This document shows, in pieces, positions 14,296-27,113 of a DNA stretch of 64,000 nucleotides. Under the pieces are notes generated by a model, which ran no database searches, had not been told where the DNA came from, and saw nothing but the letters and a program-made list of their open reading frames with translations. The position numbers and the translations under genes were made by a program. Source of the DNA: Felis catus (lineage: Eukaryota); the NCBI RefSeq assembly GCF_018350175.1, contig NC_058368.1, forward strand, positions 27,096,001 through 27,160,000, in the 5' to 3' direction. Position 1 is the stretch's first letter, and every line of letters starts with the position of its first letter.

Positions 14296-14320
14296 GTGCT
14301 CACTTCAGCAGCACATATAC
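14296..14320 (+). pseudogene. U6 snRNA 5' fragment (nt 1-25), tailless retropseudogene
   Basis: gtgctcacttcagcagcacatatac equals U6 GTGCTCGCTTCGGCAGCACATATAC with both CpGs changed to CpA; flanked by a perfect 17-bp direct repeat cagatattagcagacct (14279-14295 and 14321-14337). Confidence 0.9.
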
Positions 14321-14731
14321 CAGATATTAGCAGACCTTCCCCCAGCAAAGTAGCTTGAGAACGTTCTTTGAACAGAAGGGAAACAAAACAAAAACAAAAA
14401 AGGGGGGGGGGACTTTAGGAAATCAAGGCAAGAAAACATGGTAAGCAAAAGTATGGGTAAATACATTAGACTTTCCTTCTTGTGAGGTTTCTAAATTATA
14501 GTAGGTGGTTGAAATGAACATTATAACATGGTTTGATGGAGCTTCTAAAGAAACGTAGAAGAAATATCTAACACAACTATATTTTAAATAGAGAAGGAAA
14601 AGGGACATAAAAGGTAGGTAAGTTTCCTATGCTTCACTTGAACTGGTAAAAAGATGCCACCAATAGACAAATTATGTATATATGTAATACCCAGAGCAGC
14701 CACTGAAAAATTATACTAAAGAGATATATTT

Positions 14732-14936
14732 GGGGGTGCCTGGATGGCTCAGTCGGTTAAGCATCCGAGTTCAGCTCAGGTCATGATCTCACAGCTCGAG
14801 AGTTTGAGCCCCACAGCTCTGTGCTGACAGCTCAGAGCCTGGAGCCTGCCTTGGATTCTGTGTCCTCCTCTCTCTCTGCCCCTCCCTGGCTTGTGCACCC
14901 CCCCTCAAAAATAAACATTAAAAACTTTTTAAAAAA
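14732..14936 (+). mobile_element. CAN-SINE (SINEC_Fc type) inserted in the L1
   Basis: gggggtgcctggatggctcagtcgg head; TSD taaagagata(t/c)att. Confidence 0.92.
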
Positions 14937-15260
14937 TAAAGAGATACATTCCAAAACACTAGATACATCAAAATGGAATTCTGCAATGTCATCTAATCCA
15001 CTTGAAACACAAGAAAAAACAAATGAAAATAGAAAAAACAGAAAATAAAAAATAAGATGGCAGACTTAAGCCTTCACCCATTGATAATTACATTAATGCA
15101 GATAATCTAAAAACATCAATGAGAGACATAAATTGTCAGGGTGGATTACAAAAAACACGAACCAACTATATGGTCTCTATAAGGAACTCATTTCAAATAT
15201 AACAATATAGGCACGTTGAAAGTAACAAGTGTAGGAACATATATAAAATCATACAATTAT

Positions 15261-15372
15261 AGGATCACCTGGCTGGCTCAGTTGGTGGAGCATGTGACTC
15301 TTGATCTCCAGGTTGTGAGTTCAAGCCCCATATTGGGTGTAGAGATTGTTTAAAAATAAAATCTTAAAAAAA
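15261..15372 (+). mobile_element. short tRNA-like CAN-SINE lacking the CT linker
   Basis: cctggctggctcagttggtggagcatgtgactcttgatctccaggttgtgagttcaagcccc (A and B boxes) followed by an A tail. Confidence 0.85.
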
Positions 15373-17690
15373 AATACGATTACATATATATTATGCAAAC
15401 ATTAATCAGAGGAATTCACGATTATATCATTAGATAATATAGACAAAGAAATTGCCAGAGACAGAGATGGACATTATATAGAGATAAAAGGATCAATACA
15501 GATAAAAGGATCAATCCGCCAAGAAAACATGGCAATCCTAACTGTAAAACACCAAACAACAGTCCTACAAAAAATATGTGAAGTAAAAACTGATAGGACT
15601 GAAGGGAGAAATGGACAAATCCATAATTATAGGTGAACACTTCAACGCCCCTTTCTCCACAACTGACAAGATAATTACACATAAAATTAGTGAGGATATG
15701 GAATAATTCGTAGCACCATCAACCAACAGGATCTAATTAACATTCATAAAACACTCCACTAAGCAACACAAAATATATATTCTTTTCACAGGCCCATGAA
15801 CATATACCAAGAAAGACCACATACTGCATCATAAAACAATCTTAAAATTTTAATAGATTTGATACCCTATAGAGTATATTCTCTGACTCCAACCAATAAA
15901 ATTAAACTAGAAGTCAATAATAGAAAGATAATATGATCCAATGCTTTGAAATTAAACACGTTTCTAGATAATCCATGAGTCGAAGAAGAAATGTCAAGGG
16001 AAATTAAAAAAAATACATTGAACTAAATGAACTTGAAAATACAACATAACAAAATTTGTGGGCAGTAGCCAAGGCAGTTGTGAGAGGGAAATGTATAGGA
16101 CTAATTTCATATTATTAAACATGAGGAAATGTCTTAAACCAATAATCTAAGTTCCCACCTCAAGAGCCTAGAAAAAGAATAGCAAAGTAAGCCCAAAGCA
16201 AACAGAAGAAAGAAAATAAGAAAAATAAAATCAGATGTCAATTAAATTGAAAACAGAAGAACAGAGAAAATCAGTGGAACGAAGAACTGGTTCTTCGAAA
16301 AGATCAATAAAATGGACAAACCTCTAGCAAGTCTGAGAAAAGAGAAAAACGCCAATTACCAATATCCAGAATCAAACAGCAGGTATCACTGCAGATCCTA
16401 CAAGACATCGAAAAGAATAAAGGTAATATGAACAATTTTACCCACATGAATTTGACAACTTAGATGGAATAAATCAATTCCTTGAAAAGCACAGACTATT
16501 ACAACTCACCCAATACAGTGTAGACAATTTGAATATCCCTGTAACTATTAAGGAAATGGGATTCATGATTTAAAATCGTCCCCAAGTGAAATATCCAGGT
16601 CCAGTTGGTTTCACCGGAGATTTCTATTACACACTTAAAAAATAATTAATACCAACCCTGCACAGTCTTTTCCAGAAAATAGAAGGAAAGTCTTCTCAAT
16701 TCATTACAAAAAGTTAGTATTACCCTAATACTAAAAGCAGACAAAAACAATACAAAAAAGAAAAAGACATACCAATATCTCTTAAAGAGATGCAAAAATA
16801 CTTAACAAGTTAGTAGCAAATAAAATTCATCAATATATAAAAAGAACTATAAAGCATGACCGAGGGGGGTGTGTTCCATGGATGAAAGGCGGGTTCAGTA
16901 TTTGAAAATCAACCTGTGTGATCCACTGTATGAACAGGTTAGAGAAGAGGAGACCCATGACCATATCAATTGATACAGAAAAAGCATTTGACAAAATTCA
17001 ACACCTATTCACAAGAAACTTTCATAAAAAATCAGGACGAGGAGAGATTTATTCAATTTGATATATGGTAATCTTCAAAAAATGCTATAGATATCATGCT
17101 TAAAGGTGAAGGATTTAATGCTTTCTTTTGAAGGTTGGGAGCAAGGCAAGAATATCTGCTTTTAGCACTCTTATGTAACAGTGTAAGGCAAGAAAAGGGG
17201 AAAAGGCACTGATACTGGGAAGGAAGGAAGGAATATAAATGTCTTTATGTGTAGATGGTATGATTGTGTACATAGAAAATATCGAAGAATTTGTTAAAAA
17301 ATAAAATAAATCCCAGAACTAATAAGTCAAGTTCAGCAAGGTCACAGAACATAAGCTCAATATAAAAATATCAGAACATATTAACACAGATATTTTAAAA
17401 TATGATAATTGCTCAAAAAAGAAATAATTAGTTATAAATCTAACAAAACATGTACAAGATTTGTATGCTGAAAACTGCACAGTACACATGAAAGAACAAA
17501 AGGTCTAAATAAAGGGAAAGACATGTCATGTTCATGGAGTGGAAGATACCTATTCTCCCGAAGGAGATATATGAAAGTTTTGATAGTAATTCCTATCAAA
17601 ATCCCAAGGAAGACATATGTGGATATTGATAATATTATTCTAATTTTTATATGGAAAAGCAAAGGACTAGAATAGTTGAAGAATTTTGAA

Positions 17691-17875
17691 AACTGAGGGT
17701 ACATAGAGGGAGGTGGGTGGGAGATGGGCTAGATGGGTGATGGCAGCTAAGGGGAGCACTTGTGATGAGTACTCGGTGTTGTGTGCAAGTGATGAATCAC
17801 TGAATTCTACTTCTGAAACCAATATTGCATTGTTTATTAACTAAACTAAAATATTAAAAACAAAAACTAAAAAAT
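17691..17875 (+). mobile_element. 5'-truncated carnivore L1 3' end nested in the old L1 ORF2
   Basis: aactgagggt...tgatgagtactcggtgttg...gatgaatcactgaattctacttctgaaaccaatatt plus A-rich tail; approximate TSD gaatt(t)tg(g)aa. Confidence 0.85.
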
Positions 17876-19357
17876 GAATTTGGAAGAAAGCAAAATGGGA
17901 GGAATCAGTCTACCCAATTCTTATGGCCGCTATAATCAAGACTGTAGTATTGGTGGAGGGATAGATGGATTGGTGGAAGAGGACAGAGAACCCAGATGAA
18001 GATCCACACAAATGTGCACAACTGACTTTTGACAGAGGTTCAAATGCGTTTCAATGGAGACAGACGCCCTTTTAACAAATCGTGCTGGAGCAATTGGACA
18101 TTTATACGGAAAAGATGGACCTCAATTTCAGTCTCATGCATTATGTAAAAATTAACTCAAAATGGGCCATGGACTTCAAACTATAAAAGTGTTAGAATAA
18201 AACAGAAAATTTGGAGGATTTAGGAATAGACAAAGAGTTCTTAGACTTGGCAACAAAAACACGATTCATAGAAAGATCAATCAAATGGACTTAATTATTA
18301 GCTTTTTTTTTTTTTTTTTTTTACTTTGAAAGAGTGTTGAGAGATGAAAATAGAAGCTACAGACCGGGGAAATATTTGCAAACCACTTAGAAAAGTCTAG
18401 TCCCATAGAATATATAAAGAACTCTAAGAAATCAATAACAAAAAAAGAATCCAACTAGAAAATGGGAAAAATACACGAAGAGACATTTTACCAAAGAGTG
18501 TACGTAGATGGTCAATAAGTATGTGAAAAGATGTTGGACATCGTTAGTCCTTTTGGAAATGCAAATGAGAATCTCGATGACATCTTACTATAAACCTATC
18601 AGAATAGCTAAAATAAAAACTAGTGGCAACATCGGATGCTGCCAAAGACGCAGGGAAACTGAGCCACTTACACATTGCTGGTAGGAATGTAAAATGGCAC
18701 AGCCACTTTGGGAAAACAATCTGGCCATTTCTTAAACAACGAAGCCCGCAACTGCCGTTCAAACCGTGAATTGAATTACTGGCCATTTATCCCAGAAAAA
18801 TGAAGATTTATGATCACAAAAACCTGTACATAAATGTTTATCGCATGTTTATCTGTAATAGCCAAAAACTTGGAAGCAGCCCAAATGTCCTTCAGTGTAT
18901 AGTTAAACAAACTATAATACGTCCATACCATGGAATAGTACTCAGCAATAAAAAGAAATGAACTGTCGATACAGGCAACAACCTTGATGAATCCCCAGAG
19001 CATTATGCCGAGTGAAAAATGCCAATCCCAACAAGTTACATTCTGCAGGATTCCATTTATGTAACATTCTTTACATGACAAGATTATAGGAATGGAGAAT
19101 AGACTGGTGGGTTCCCAGGGGTTAAGAAGGGGATAGGGGAAAGAGATAAGTGGGTATGGCTACACAAGGGCATGAAGGATTCTTGTGATGGAAATATTCG
19201 GTATGTCAGCTGTATCAGAGTCAATATCTTGGTTGTAATAATGTACTGTAGTTTTGTAAAATGGTACCACTTGGGGGAAACTAGGTGAGTGACACAGGGC
19301 ATATCTGTGTTATTTCTTACAACAGCATATATCTGTAATTATTTCAAAATAAATAGT

Positions 19358-19580
19358 TTTTTTGATGTTTATTTATTTTATTTTGAGAAAGAGAGCAGGG
19401 GAGGGCCAGAGACAGAGAGAGAGAGAGAGAGAGGTAGGTAGAGAATCACAAGCAGGCTCCGTGCTGTCACTGCAGAGCCCAACAAGGGACAAACCATGAG
19501 ATCTCACAAACCGTGAGATCATGACCTGAGCTGAAATCAAGAGTCATATGCTTAACCAACTGAGACACCCAGGCACCCTG
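19358..19580 (-). mobile_element. CAN-SINE
   Basis: antisense copy ending cccaggcaccc. Confidence 0.9.
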
Positions 19581-19593
19581 CAAAGTGTGTAGT

Positions 19594-19817
19594 TTATTTT
19601 TTTAAAATTTTTTTCAACGTTTATTTATTTTTGGGACAGAGAGAGACAGAGCATGAACGGGGGAGGGGCAGAGAGAGAGGGAGACACAGAATCGGAAACA
19701 GGCTCCAGGCTCCGGGCCATCAGCCCAGAGCCGGACGCGGGGCTCGAACTCACGGACCGTGAGATCGTGACCTGGCTGAAGTCGGACGCTTAACCGACTG
19801 CGCCACCCAGGCGCCCC
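19594..19817 (-). mobile_element. young CAN-SINE (SINEC_Fc)
   Basis: CpG-rich, near identical to the other young copies; TSD tgtgtagttt. Confidence 0.95.
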
Positions 19818-20299
19818 AAAATGTGTAGTTTAAAAAATACATATATACTTCAATCCTGAGTTGTACTTCTGAGATTTACCCACAGATACTCATTTCAGGT
19901 TTACCGATAATAGCAAAAGATGACACACAGTGTTTCAGTTCATCAGGAGGCATAGGTTTTAAATAAATTCATATAATGCAGATATTACAAAGGATGAGAT
20001 AGCACGGATGAATTGATTTATATGAAAATGCAAACTCTAGAACTGTGCTTTGGTATGCTATTTTAAAGACATGTTAATATACCCAGGAGTGTATATTTAC
20101 TTTTTTTTATAGGCACAGATTACTTTTGGAATGGTAGACAAATGACTCAAAGCCATGGTCGAACTTGAGAAGAGTAGCTATGTGTCTGGTGGGCAGGTGT
20201 GAAAGAAGCCTTATTTACTATCTTTATACGCTCTGTTTTTCCTCTTGAATTTTATACTTTGTACTTATATGACCAATTGAAGAATATATTAGCATGTTT

Positions 20300-21090
20300 T
20301 AAAAACACAAGAGAACATCCAGAAAGAGACTCAAGTATATATTTGGGAATTTAGTATATAATAAAGGAAGCATTTTATGACAGCAGGGGGAAAAGATGGG
20401 TTATTTCATAAAAGCTCTTGGGAAAATTGCCTACCCATTGAGGGAAGATGAACAGACATACAACTACTTAACTCTTTACATCCAAGTAAATTCCAAGTGA
20501 AGTGAAGATACAAACAGTGAAAAAAGTATTAGAGGAAAATGTAGGTAAACATTTCATAATCCTATGGTAGGAAAAGTTTTAAAAAATCTTTTTTTAATGT
20601 TTATTCATTCTTGAGAGAGAGAGAGAGAGAGAGAGCATGAGTGGATGAGGGGCAGAGAGAAAGAGGGAGACACAGAACTTGAAGCAGGATCCAGGCTCTG
20701 AGCTGTCAGCACAGAACCCAACATGGGGCTCGAACCCATGCACCACAAAATCATGACCTGAGCCGAAGTCGGAGGCTCAACCGACTGAGCCACCCAGGCA
20801 CCCCGAGGAAAAGATTTTTAAAGGATAGCACCAATAATGTAATAACAAAAGAAAAAGATTGATGGGTTTAATATATATGTTAAATACATGTAAGTTTACT
20901 TAAAAGTTTACTTTTTTGTATGACCAAAACAGCAGCGCCCAAATATATAAACTACGGTAAATGATGTAGTGCGTCTCAACAAGAGAATGGCAAATTGTGG
21001 TATATTTGCATAATTAACTATTACCCACCAACAAAAGTGAGTGAACTGTAGATAAAATGAGCAGCATGGATGAATTTTGTGCATCTAGCA
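20300..21090 (+). mobile_element. ancient L1 fragments, interrupted by a SINE
   Basis: gggaatttagtatataataaagg, ctttacatccaagtaaattccaag, aaattgtggtatatttgcat. Confidence 0.6.
20581..20804 (-). mobile_element. CAN-SINE (SINEC_Fc type)
   Basis: full antisense copy; TSD aggaaaag. Confidence 0.93.
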
Positions 21091-21207
21091 GGGACATGAG
21101 GCGGCTTTCATGCCGCTAATATTCCATACCTTGGTTGGGAGTACAAGGGTGTGTTTGCTTTGTGATAGCTCATTAAGTTGTACACTATTCTGTATGCATA
21201 CTTTACT

Positions 21208-21226
21208 TTATTTTTTAAAGTTTATT

Positions 21227-21280
<54 letters not shown>

Positions 21281-21445
21281 CACAGGGGGAAGGGCAGAGA
21301 AAGAAGGAGAGAGAGAATCCCAAGCAGGCTGTGCACCATCAGCACAGAGCCTGATGTGGGGCTTGAACTCACTCACCGTAAGATCACAACTGGCGCTGAA
21401 ATCAACAGTTGGATGCTTAGCTAACAGAGCCACCCAGGCACCCCC
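21208..21445 (-). mobile_element. CAN-SINE with expanded (GA)n
   Basis: long (GA)n at 21230-21276; head ccacccaggcacccc. Confidence 0.92.
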
Positions 21446-22445
21446 ATATTTTACTTTAATAAAGCAGTTTTAAAAACAAAAACACATTTTTTGACTTTCA
21501 TGGCAGATACTTTTTTTCTTAATGAAATCTTTTGATGTTGCTGTAAATGATAAAACTTTTCAGAAAGCAAACTGGTAATCTGTTTCAAAGTAGTATTTAA
21601 CAATTTCTATTAAAGGTATTTATCCTAAGGATGGAATGAGAAAAATATAAGAGGAAACATCTATAGCCATTTCCACAATAGCTTTATTTATAAAAATGAA
21701 ACATCAGAAACAAAGTTCCCAACATTGAGAGATCATTTAACTGATAATGATACCTAAGAAATACATTGTAGCCAAATATAAAAGGCAAGGCTGTTTTTCT
21801 TTCTCTGGAAAACTATATGAGGAGTTTGGTGGATGAAATAGCAATTTTCAGAACTCTTCGACTCATGTCAACACAAATACACACAAATATACACACTCAA
21901 AATCACATTAAAAATATCTATATCTAAATAGTTTGAGACACTAAAGTGTTAGCAGAATTTATCTCATTTTTTTCTGTGTATTTTTTAAAACTTTTTTGTT
22001 TTACCTTTTGTATTTTCTAAAACATGCAAGCAAACACAAGTAGATATGACTTTGTAATACTTGAAGAAAATAATAAAGCGGAAGTAAACAAAAATGCCCA
22101 GAAAGCATTTTTGTGTATTTCTTTTAGTTATTCCCCTTCCCGCAGCAATATTCAGGTTTTTTAGTTAATTTGGGAGAAAAAGAAGAGCAGAAGAAAAATA
22201 TGAATAAACCATGTATTTGTTTAGTTTAATGGTGTTACATGATAACTTTGAAAGATATCAATCTTTTTATTACAAACAACTTCTCTTACCTATGAGCAGA
22301 ATTATTTCCAGGTCCTCCTTCAATAGTTATTTTCATTTGTAGACTCTATGATCGTGATATAATTTGAGGTACTTTCTAGTATATTGAAAGAAACTAAAAA
22401 GTGGTATATTCCAAAGTTAAAAATGGTTTTCATAATTAATTAGGC

Positions 22446-22618
22446 CAGGGATGGTTCCGGGTTTTATGGAGGTTCAAAGTTATATAGTTTTTGAGTCTGC
22501 CTTTAAGAAAAAGAACAAAGACTTTAATAGCATGTTAGTTGCTGGTCCCTGTAAGGGCTTGTGGAAATGGAGGGTTCTAGCACTTAGATTCCTTTTACTT
22601 CATGTAAAATTCACCTGT
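22446..22618 (-). mobile_element. MER53-like hAT MITE
   Basis: both ends resemble the remembered MER53 termini (caggg..gg.tcc.ggttttatgg...ctttaagaaaaagaa; cttcatgtaaaattcacc). Confidence 0.6.
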
Positions 22619-22994
22619 TTATGCCCTGTTTCCCTTTGGGGGGGAATTGTTTCTCAGTATTATTAAATTACGATAACACACCTATTTGTTACTAATACGA
22701 TTTAACTATGCCTTATGAAAAGATTCATTAAAATACAAAGAAAAAGAGTATGTATTTAAGTCTCATTGTGGAAGGTTATTAAACTTATTGATGAGGCTTT
22801 AAGGTCCTATCCGTAAAATAATTGGATTTATTTATTCCTCTTATTTCAAAGAAAGTAAGTAATGCATCCCACAAATAAATATTTGATTAATAGTAGTTAT
22901 TTTCTTATTCTAGAAGTAGCCTTGCACTTACGGAAACGATACCCCCCCCCCCCGAATTCTAAAATCTGGCTCCAAATATATTCAGATTTTACAC

Positions 22995-23172
22995 CAGAGC
23001 TTCTCAAACTGTAATGTCCATTCGACATTCAGTTCATGCGGGGATCTTGTTAAATGCAGGCTCTGATTCAGTAGTTCTGGAGTAGGGTCTAGCATCCTGC
23101 TTGTTTAGCATGCTCCATGTGATGGCTCCATTGCTGTTCTGCAGACCATACTTGGCAAACGTATAGCGAGGC
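22995..23172. mobile_element. MER5A-like hAT-Charlie MITE
   Basis: cttctcaaact...gggatcttgttaaatgcaggctctgattcagtagttctgg...gaccatactt. Confidence 0.75.
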
Positions 23173-23978
23173 TCCACACCTGCTATCCTGTCCCCAGCAT
23201 CCCCTCCTCAGAAGCTGCCCTCCACATATAAGGTGCAGGGGAATGTGCCAGTCTAGTGGTTCCTAGGTACAGCTGATGGATACGTAGCCATGAATCTAAA
23301 TGTAGGACCTGGATTGCTTGAAGCAAGTGACACAAGCGAGGACAGTGAGCGAGTGGAGGAATAAGAGCCAGAAAGTGAGCACAGGTGCCGAGGAAGAAAC
23401 CACACTGCTTTGAGGAAGTGTTTATGAGTACATGAGACAGGCAGACAGCTTCCATTTCCAGCCTGCCTTCAGAAGCACGGGTGAAGCAGTAAGTGCGATG
23501 TTCCTGCAGGAATTTAAGAACCTACAAAAAGAGACGACTCAGAATTGTTCCACCCTGGTCACACGCACGTGGTTTCTTCCGTTTCAGGGTTTAGGGCATG
23601 CTGTGGGTAGCGACAGGCGTTCCAGCCGGCAGCCCGCCCCACCTGTGACCTGTGGCCTCTTCTGGGAACTGTCCTCAGGAGCTGACCGTGTCCAGTGTTT
23701 CCCAGGTTCCTCGCACCAAGGTAAAGAGTCTTTCCGTAGTGATTTTGACATTGCACTCGCTGTGCTGTGAAGCTAAGTGCAAATGCTCGGTGGGGCAGTG
23801 CGGGGGCATAGGGCTCTGAACAGGCTGCTTTCCGGTGAACACTACTCCAGTGATCATAGAGATAGGGCTTGTTACCCTCAGGGTAAACTAAGAAAAGCAT
23901 AAGGTGCCCTGTTGCTCCTGGTTTTGATATTTGTGCATCCCTAGGAGAGAGCTGATCCATGTATTTTTGACTATTGTT

Positions 23979-23982
<4 letters not shown>

Positions 23983-24036
<54 letters not shown>

Positions 24037-24048
24037 TTATATATATAT
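23983..24048. repeat. (TA)n microsatellite
   Basis: seen directly. Confidence 0.97.
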
Positions 24049-24074
24049 AAAACACCAAAAGTTTCTTCGAGTTG

Positions 24075-24540
24075 GACTACTGTAGATACCTCATATAAGT
24101 GGAATCATGGAGTATTTGTCTTTCTGTGAGTGGTTCATTTCACTCAGCATTATGTCCTCGGGTTTTATCCGTGTCGTAGCGTGATTCAGGATTTCCTTTT
24201 TTATGGCTTGGTAACATTCCCTTGAATGTATACACCACATTTTCTCTGTTCATTCATCTGTGGCTAGAAGTATAGTTGTTTTTACCTTTTGGCTATTGTG
24301 AGTAATGCCGCTGTGAATACGGGTGTGCAGATGTCTCTCTGAGATCCTGATTTCAGTTGTTCTGGATGCATACCGAGAAATGGAATTGTTTGGTCTCAAA
24401 TGGTAGTTCTATTTTTAATCTTTTGAGGAACCTCCATCATGTTTTTTTCAGAAGATGCACCATTTTACAATCATTTATAGTAACACTCACTATCTTCTGT
24501 TTGTTTGGTTTTATAATGGCCCTCCTAACAGGTGTGGGGC
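24075..24540 (-). mobile_element. L1 (L1MA/MB-like) 3' fragment
   Basis: acctcatataagtggaatcatg..gtatttgtctttctgtga; ggtagttctatttttaatcttttgaggaacctccat. Confidence 0.85.
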
Positions 24541-24654
24541 GATACGCCTTAAATATAATACTCTCATACTCTCATACTAGTAACTTACAAGAGTATGAGT
24601 GTAATCCATTGCATTACATCTGTATTTTCATTTCTAACATTTTCTACTACTGCT

Positions 24655-24875
24655 TTTTTTTTTAAAAAAAAATTAATGTTTATTTATTGTTGAGAGAAAG
24701 AGAGTTGGGGAGAGAGAGAGCAGGGAAGGGGCAGAAAGGGAGACACAGAATCTGAAGCAGGCTCCAGGCTCTGAGCTCTCAGCACAGAACCTGAGGCGGG
24801 GCTTGAACTTATGAACCACGAGATCATGACCTGAGCTGATGTTGGATGCTCAACCAACTGAGCCACCCAGGCACC
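24655..24875 (-). mobile_element. CAN-SINE (SINEC_Fc type)
   Basis: antisense full copy. Confidence 0.92.
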
Positions 24876-26334
24876 ACTAACATTTTCTGGTTTGCTCACT
24901 GTGAGATTTACTTCATTTGCCCTTCTGGCTGTAATACGCACCACTTTACTCAAAATGAGCCTGCATGGGACATCAGTCGATTCTCTGTGTTTCACAGAAA
25001 TCAACTTGGAGTAGTTGAAATGGGTTTTCTTCGTCTTGCCTTCCCATGGTCGCCCTTGGCCAACTCTCCCTATGAAACAAGTTACCAAGAATTCTTTAAT
25101 AACAGAGCATTAACACTCATTGATGGCTCTTGACAGTGATTGACTGGATAGGAATGACTTAAAAAATGGCAGAATTGGCAAAAAAGAAAAGCAAGCGTCC
25201 CCTCCGAATGTGACATCAGAATCTTGGGGATCATTTAAGGAATCCGTTTACGAGGCCAGTGCGTGAGGCTGAGAAGCAAGATGACTCTGCTGGAATTCAT
25301 GAAGAAGAACGAGGTACCCCCCCAGGGGCAAGCCCAGGCCTCTGGCCAAAGCTCCCAACTGCTGAGAGGTTTACTTGTTTTGTGCACTTGGTACAAAGAA
25401 ATCGGTGAAGTCACACTGTGTGGTTGCTGGCACTGCTGTGCAAAGTGACTTCACACAAGTAGCATTGCTAAGCATGCATTAGAAATGATGATTTGAGATT
25501 GAACTGGCTCTGTGGAAATAACCTGAATTACATGCTGCAACACTGTTTTGCCCAAGGGGCTAAAATCACTGACTTAAGATATTTAAAATGTCAGAAACGT
25601 ATATTCTTAATAAGCTTGGAAAGTCTGCCATACTTCAGGGAGTATCATAGGTCTTCATCATCATCTAAGTAGACCTTTGAGACCACATGGGTTGTGACTT
25701 GATTTCTTTCATTATGAATAAATCCAAAATGACTGATGCATTCCGACATCCGGACAGGGCTGAACCAGATGTGTGACTGAGTCATAGTTGCACGTTCCTT
25801 GCTTCAAATCCTTCAGTGTACGTTTAGCATCGTGCATTTAAACACTTAGACTGAAGGATTACTCTTCTTAAGTATGGTAATTCTTGATGCCTCGCTGATG
25901 GATTGGTGGATGCACGTGCATGTCTGGGTGGACAGAGCTGGGTTAAGGAATGGCAGCTTCCCCGGGCACCACCGTATGCCAGTGGAGTATCCTTAGTATC
26001 AATGGCAAATATGGCACCTGCTAACTCAGGTTTCCACATGTAACACTTAGGCGATTGATAATACGATATTTGTTCCAGCTCCCTCACAGGGGTGGGCACG
26101 AGATACCAATAAGAATTGTTGTCATTGTTGAACTATCCCTGATGAATATTTTCCTAACAATAACAAAAAATTCTTGGCACTGAGGAACTTCTCTATTGAA
26201 TATTTTGCATAGTGTTACGGCAAGCCACACCACTACCCTGACTTAGAATCGCTTGAATTTGGCAGTTCATACTTGAAATTCTTAAACCGAGTAGTAGTTT
26301 ATATAGGTCCGTTTACTGGAAATGAGTGGTTTCT

Positions 26335-26590
26335 TTTTTTAAATGTATTTATTTTATTGACATATGATTGGCATACAACATTACATGAGTTTCAGGAATA
26401 CAACTTAGTGATTCGATATGTATATATATATTGGAAAACAATTACCATAATAAGTCTGGTTATCATCCATTACCATACACGTTACAAACTTTTTTTCTTG
26501 TGGTGAAAACTTTTAAGAAATACTCTCTTAGCTACTTCCAAATATATATTACAGTATTATTAATTACAGTCACAATACTGTACATTTATT
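26335..26590 (-). mobile_element. L1 3' end (L1MA9/L1_Carn-like)
   Basis: ttattgacatatgattggcatacaacatt...tactctcttagc...acagtattattaattacagtcac. Confidence 0.75.
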
Positions 26591-27068
26591 TTGAATCTCT
26601 ATTTCTGAGGATTTTGTTTGGTAAATCATAAAAGAAAACTGAACAGAAAAAAGGACCACAGAAAACTGGAAAATGTTTTGACAAAAAAAAAAAAAAGACA
26701 GTGTGAAAGTAAACAAACAAAAGAACTTTGAAATCCATTTTTTAACTTTGTAACTGTATCTGTGTAAGTTATCACTTCCCCGGGGGAGTATAAGTAACTA
26801 ATTCTGTCCAGTAATGAGATACCAAATAGTTGTGAAATGAAAGAGGTTGAAGCATGTGAAAGTGATATGTTCATTCACGTAGGTGAACTAATAACTCTGT
26901 TAAGTCACCATAAATAGATACACACTTTTGTTAATACAAAATAACTTTCCTCCAGTTCCACTTAATAAATGTTTGGTAAAAACTTAAAAAATAACAGTTT
27001 GAATCGTTACTGAATCTTTAGCTTTTCTGGGGGCACTCACATGATTCAGTCTCTGTTAAATGGCTCAC

Positions 27069-27078
<10 letters not shown>

Positions 27079-27110
<32 letters not shown>
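27079..27110. repeat. (CA)n microsatellite
   Basis: seen directly. Confidence 0.95.

Positions 27111-27113
<3 letters not shown>

Larger units (their letters stand above)
13400..19355 (+). mobile_element. decayed near full-length L1 (L1MC-like): 5'UTR, residual ORF1 end, broken ORF2, 3'UTR
   Basis: ORF2 remnants: endonuclease start near 15055, ISIDTEKAFDKIQH at about 16963-17004, SLCVDGMIVYIEN (decayed FADD motif) at about 17242-17280; L1MC-type 3'UTR (gttgtaataatgtactgtagttttg...gggggaaactagg...ttatttcttacaac); many stops and frameshifts; contains nested younger insertions. Confidence 0.9.

Noticed and set aside
15261..15335. tRNA gene
   Set aside because: The tRNA-like head is followed by a SINE tail and poly(A), so it is a short CAN-SINE.
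15055..18800. Functional L1 ORF2 / reverse transcriptase
   Set aside because: Numerous stops, frameshifts and nested insertions; the catalytic FADD motif has decayed to CVDG.
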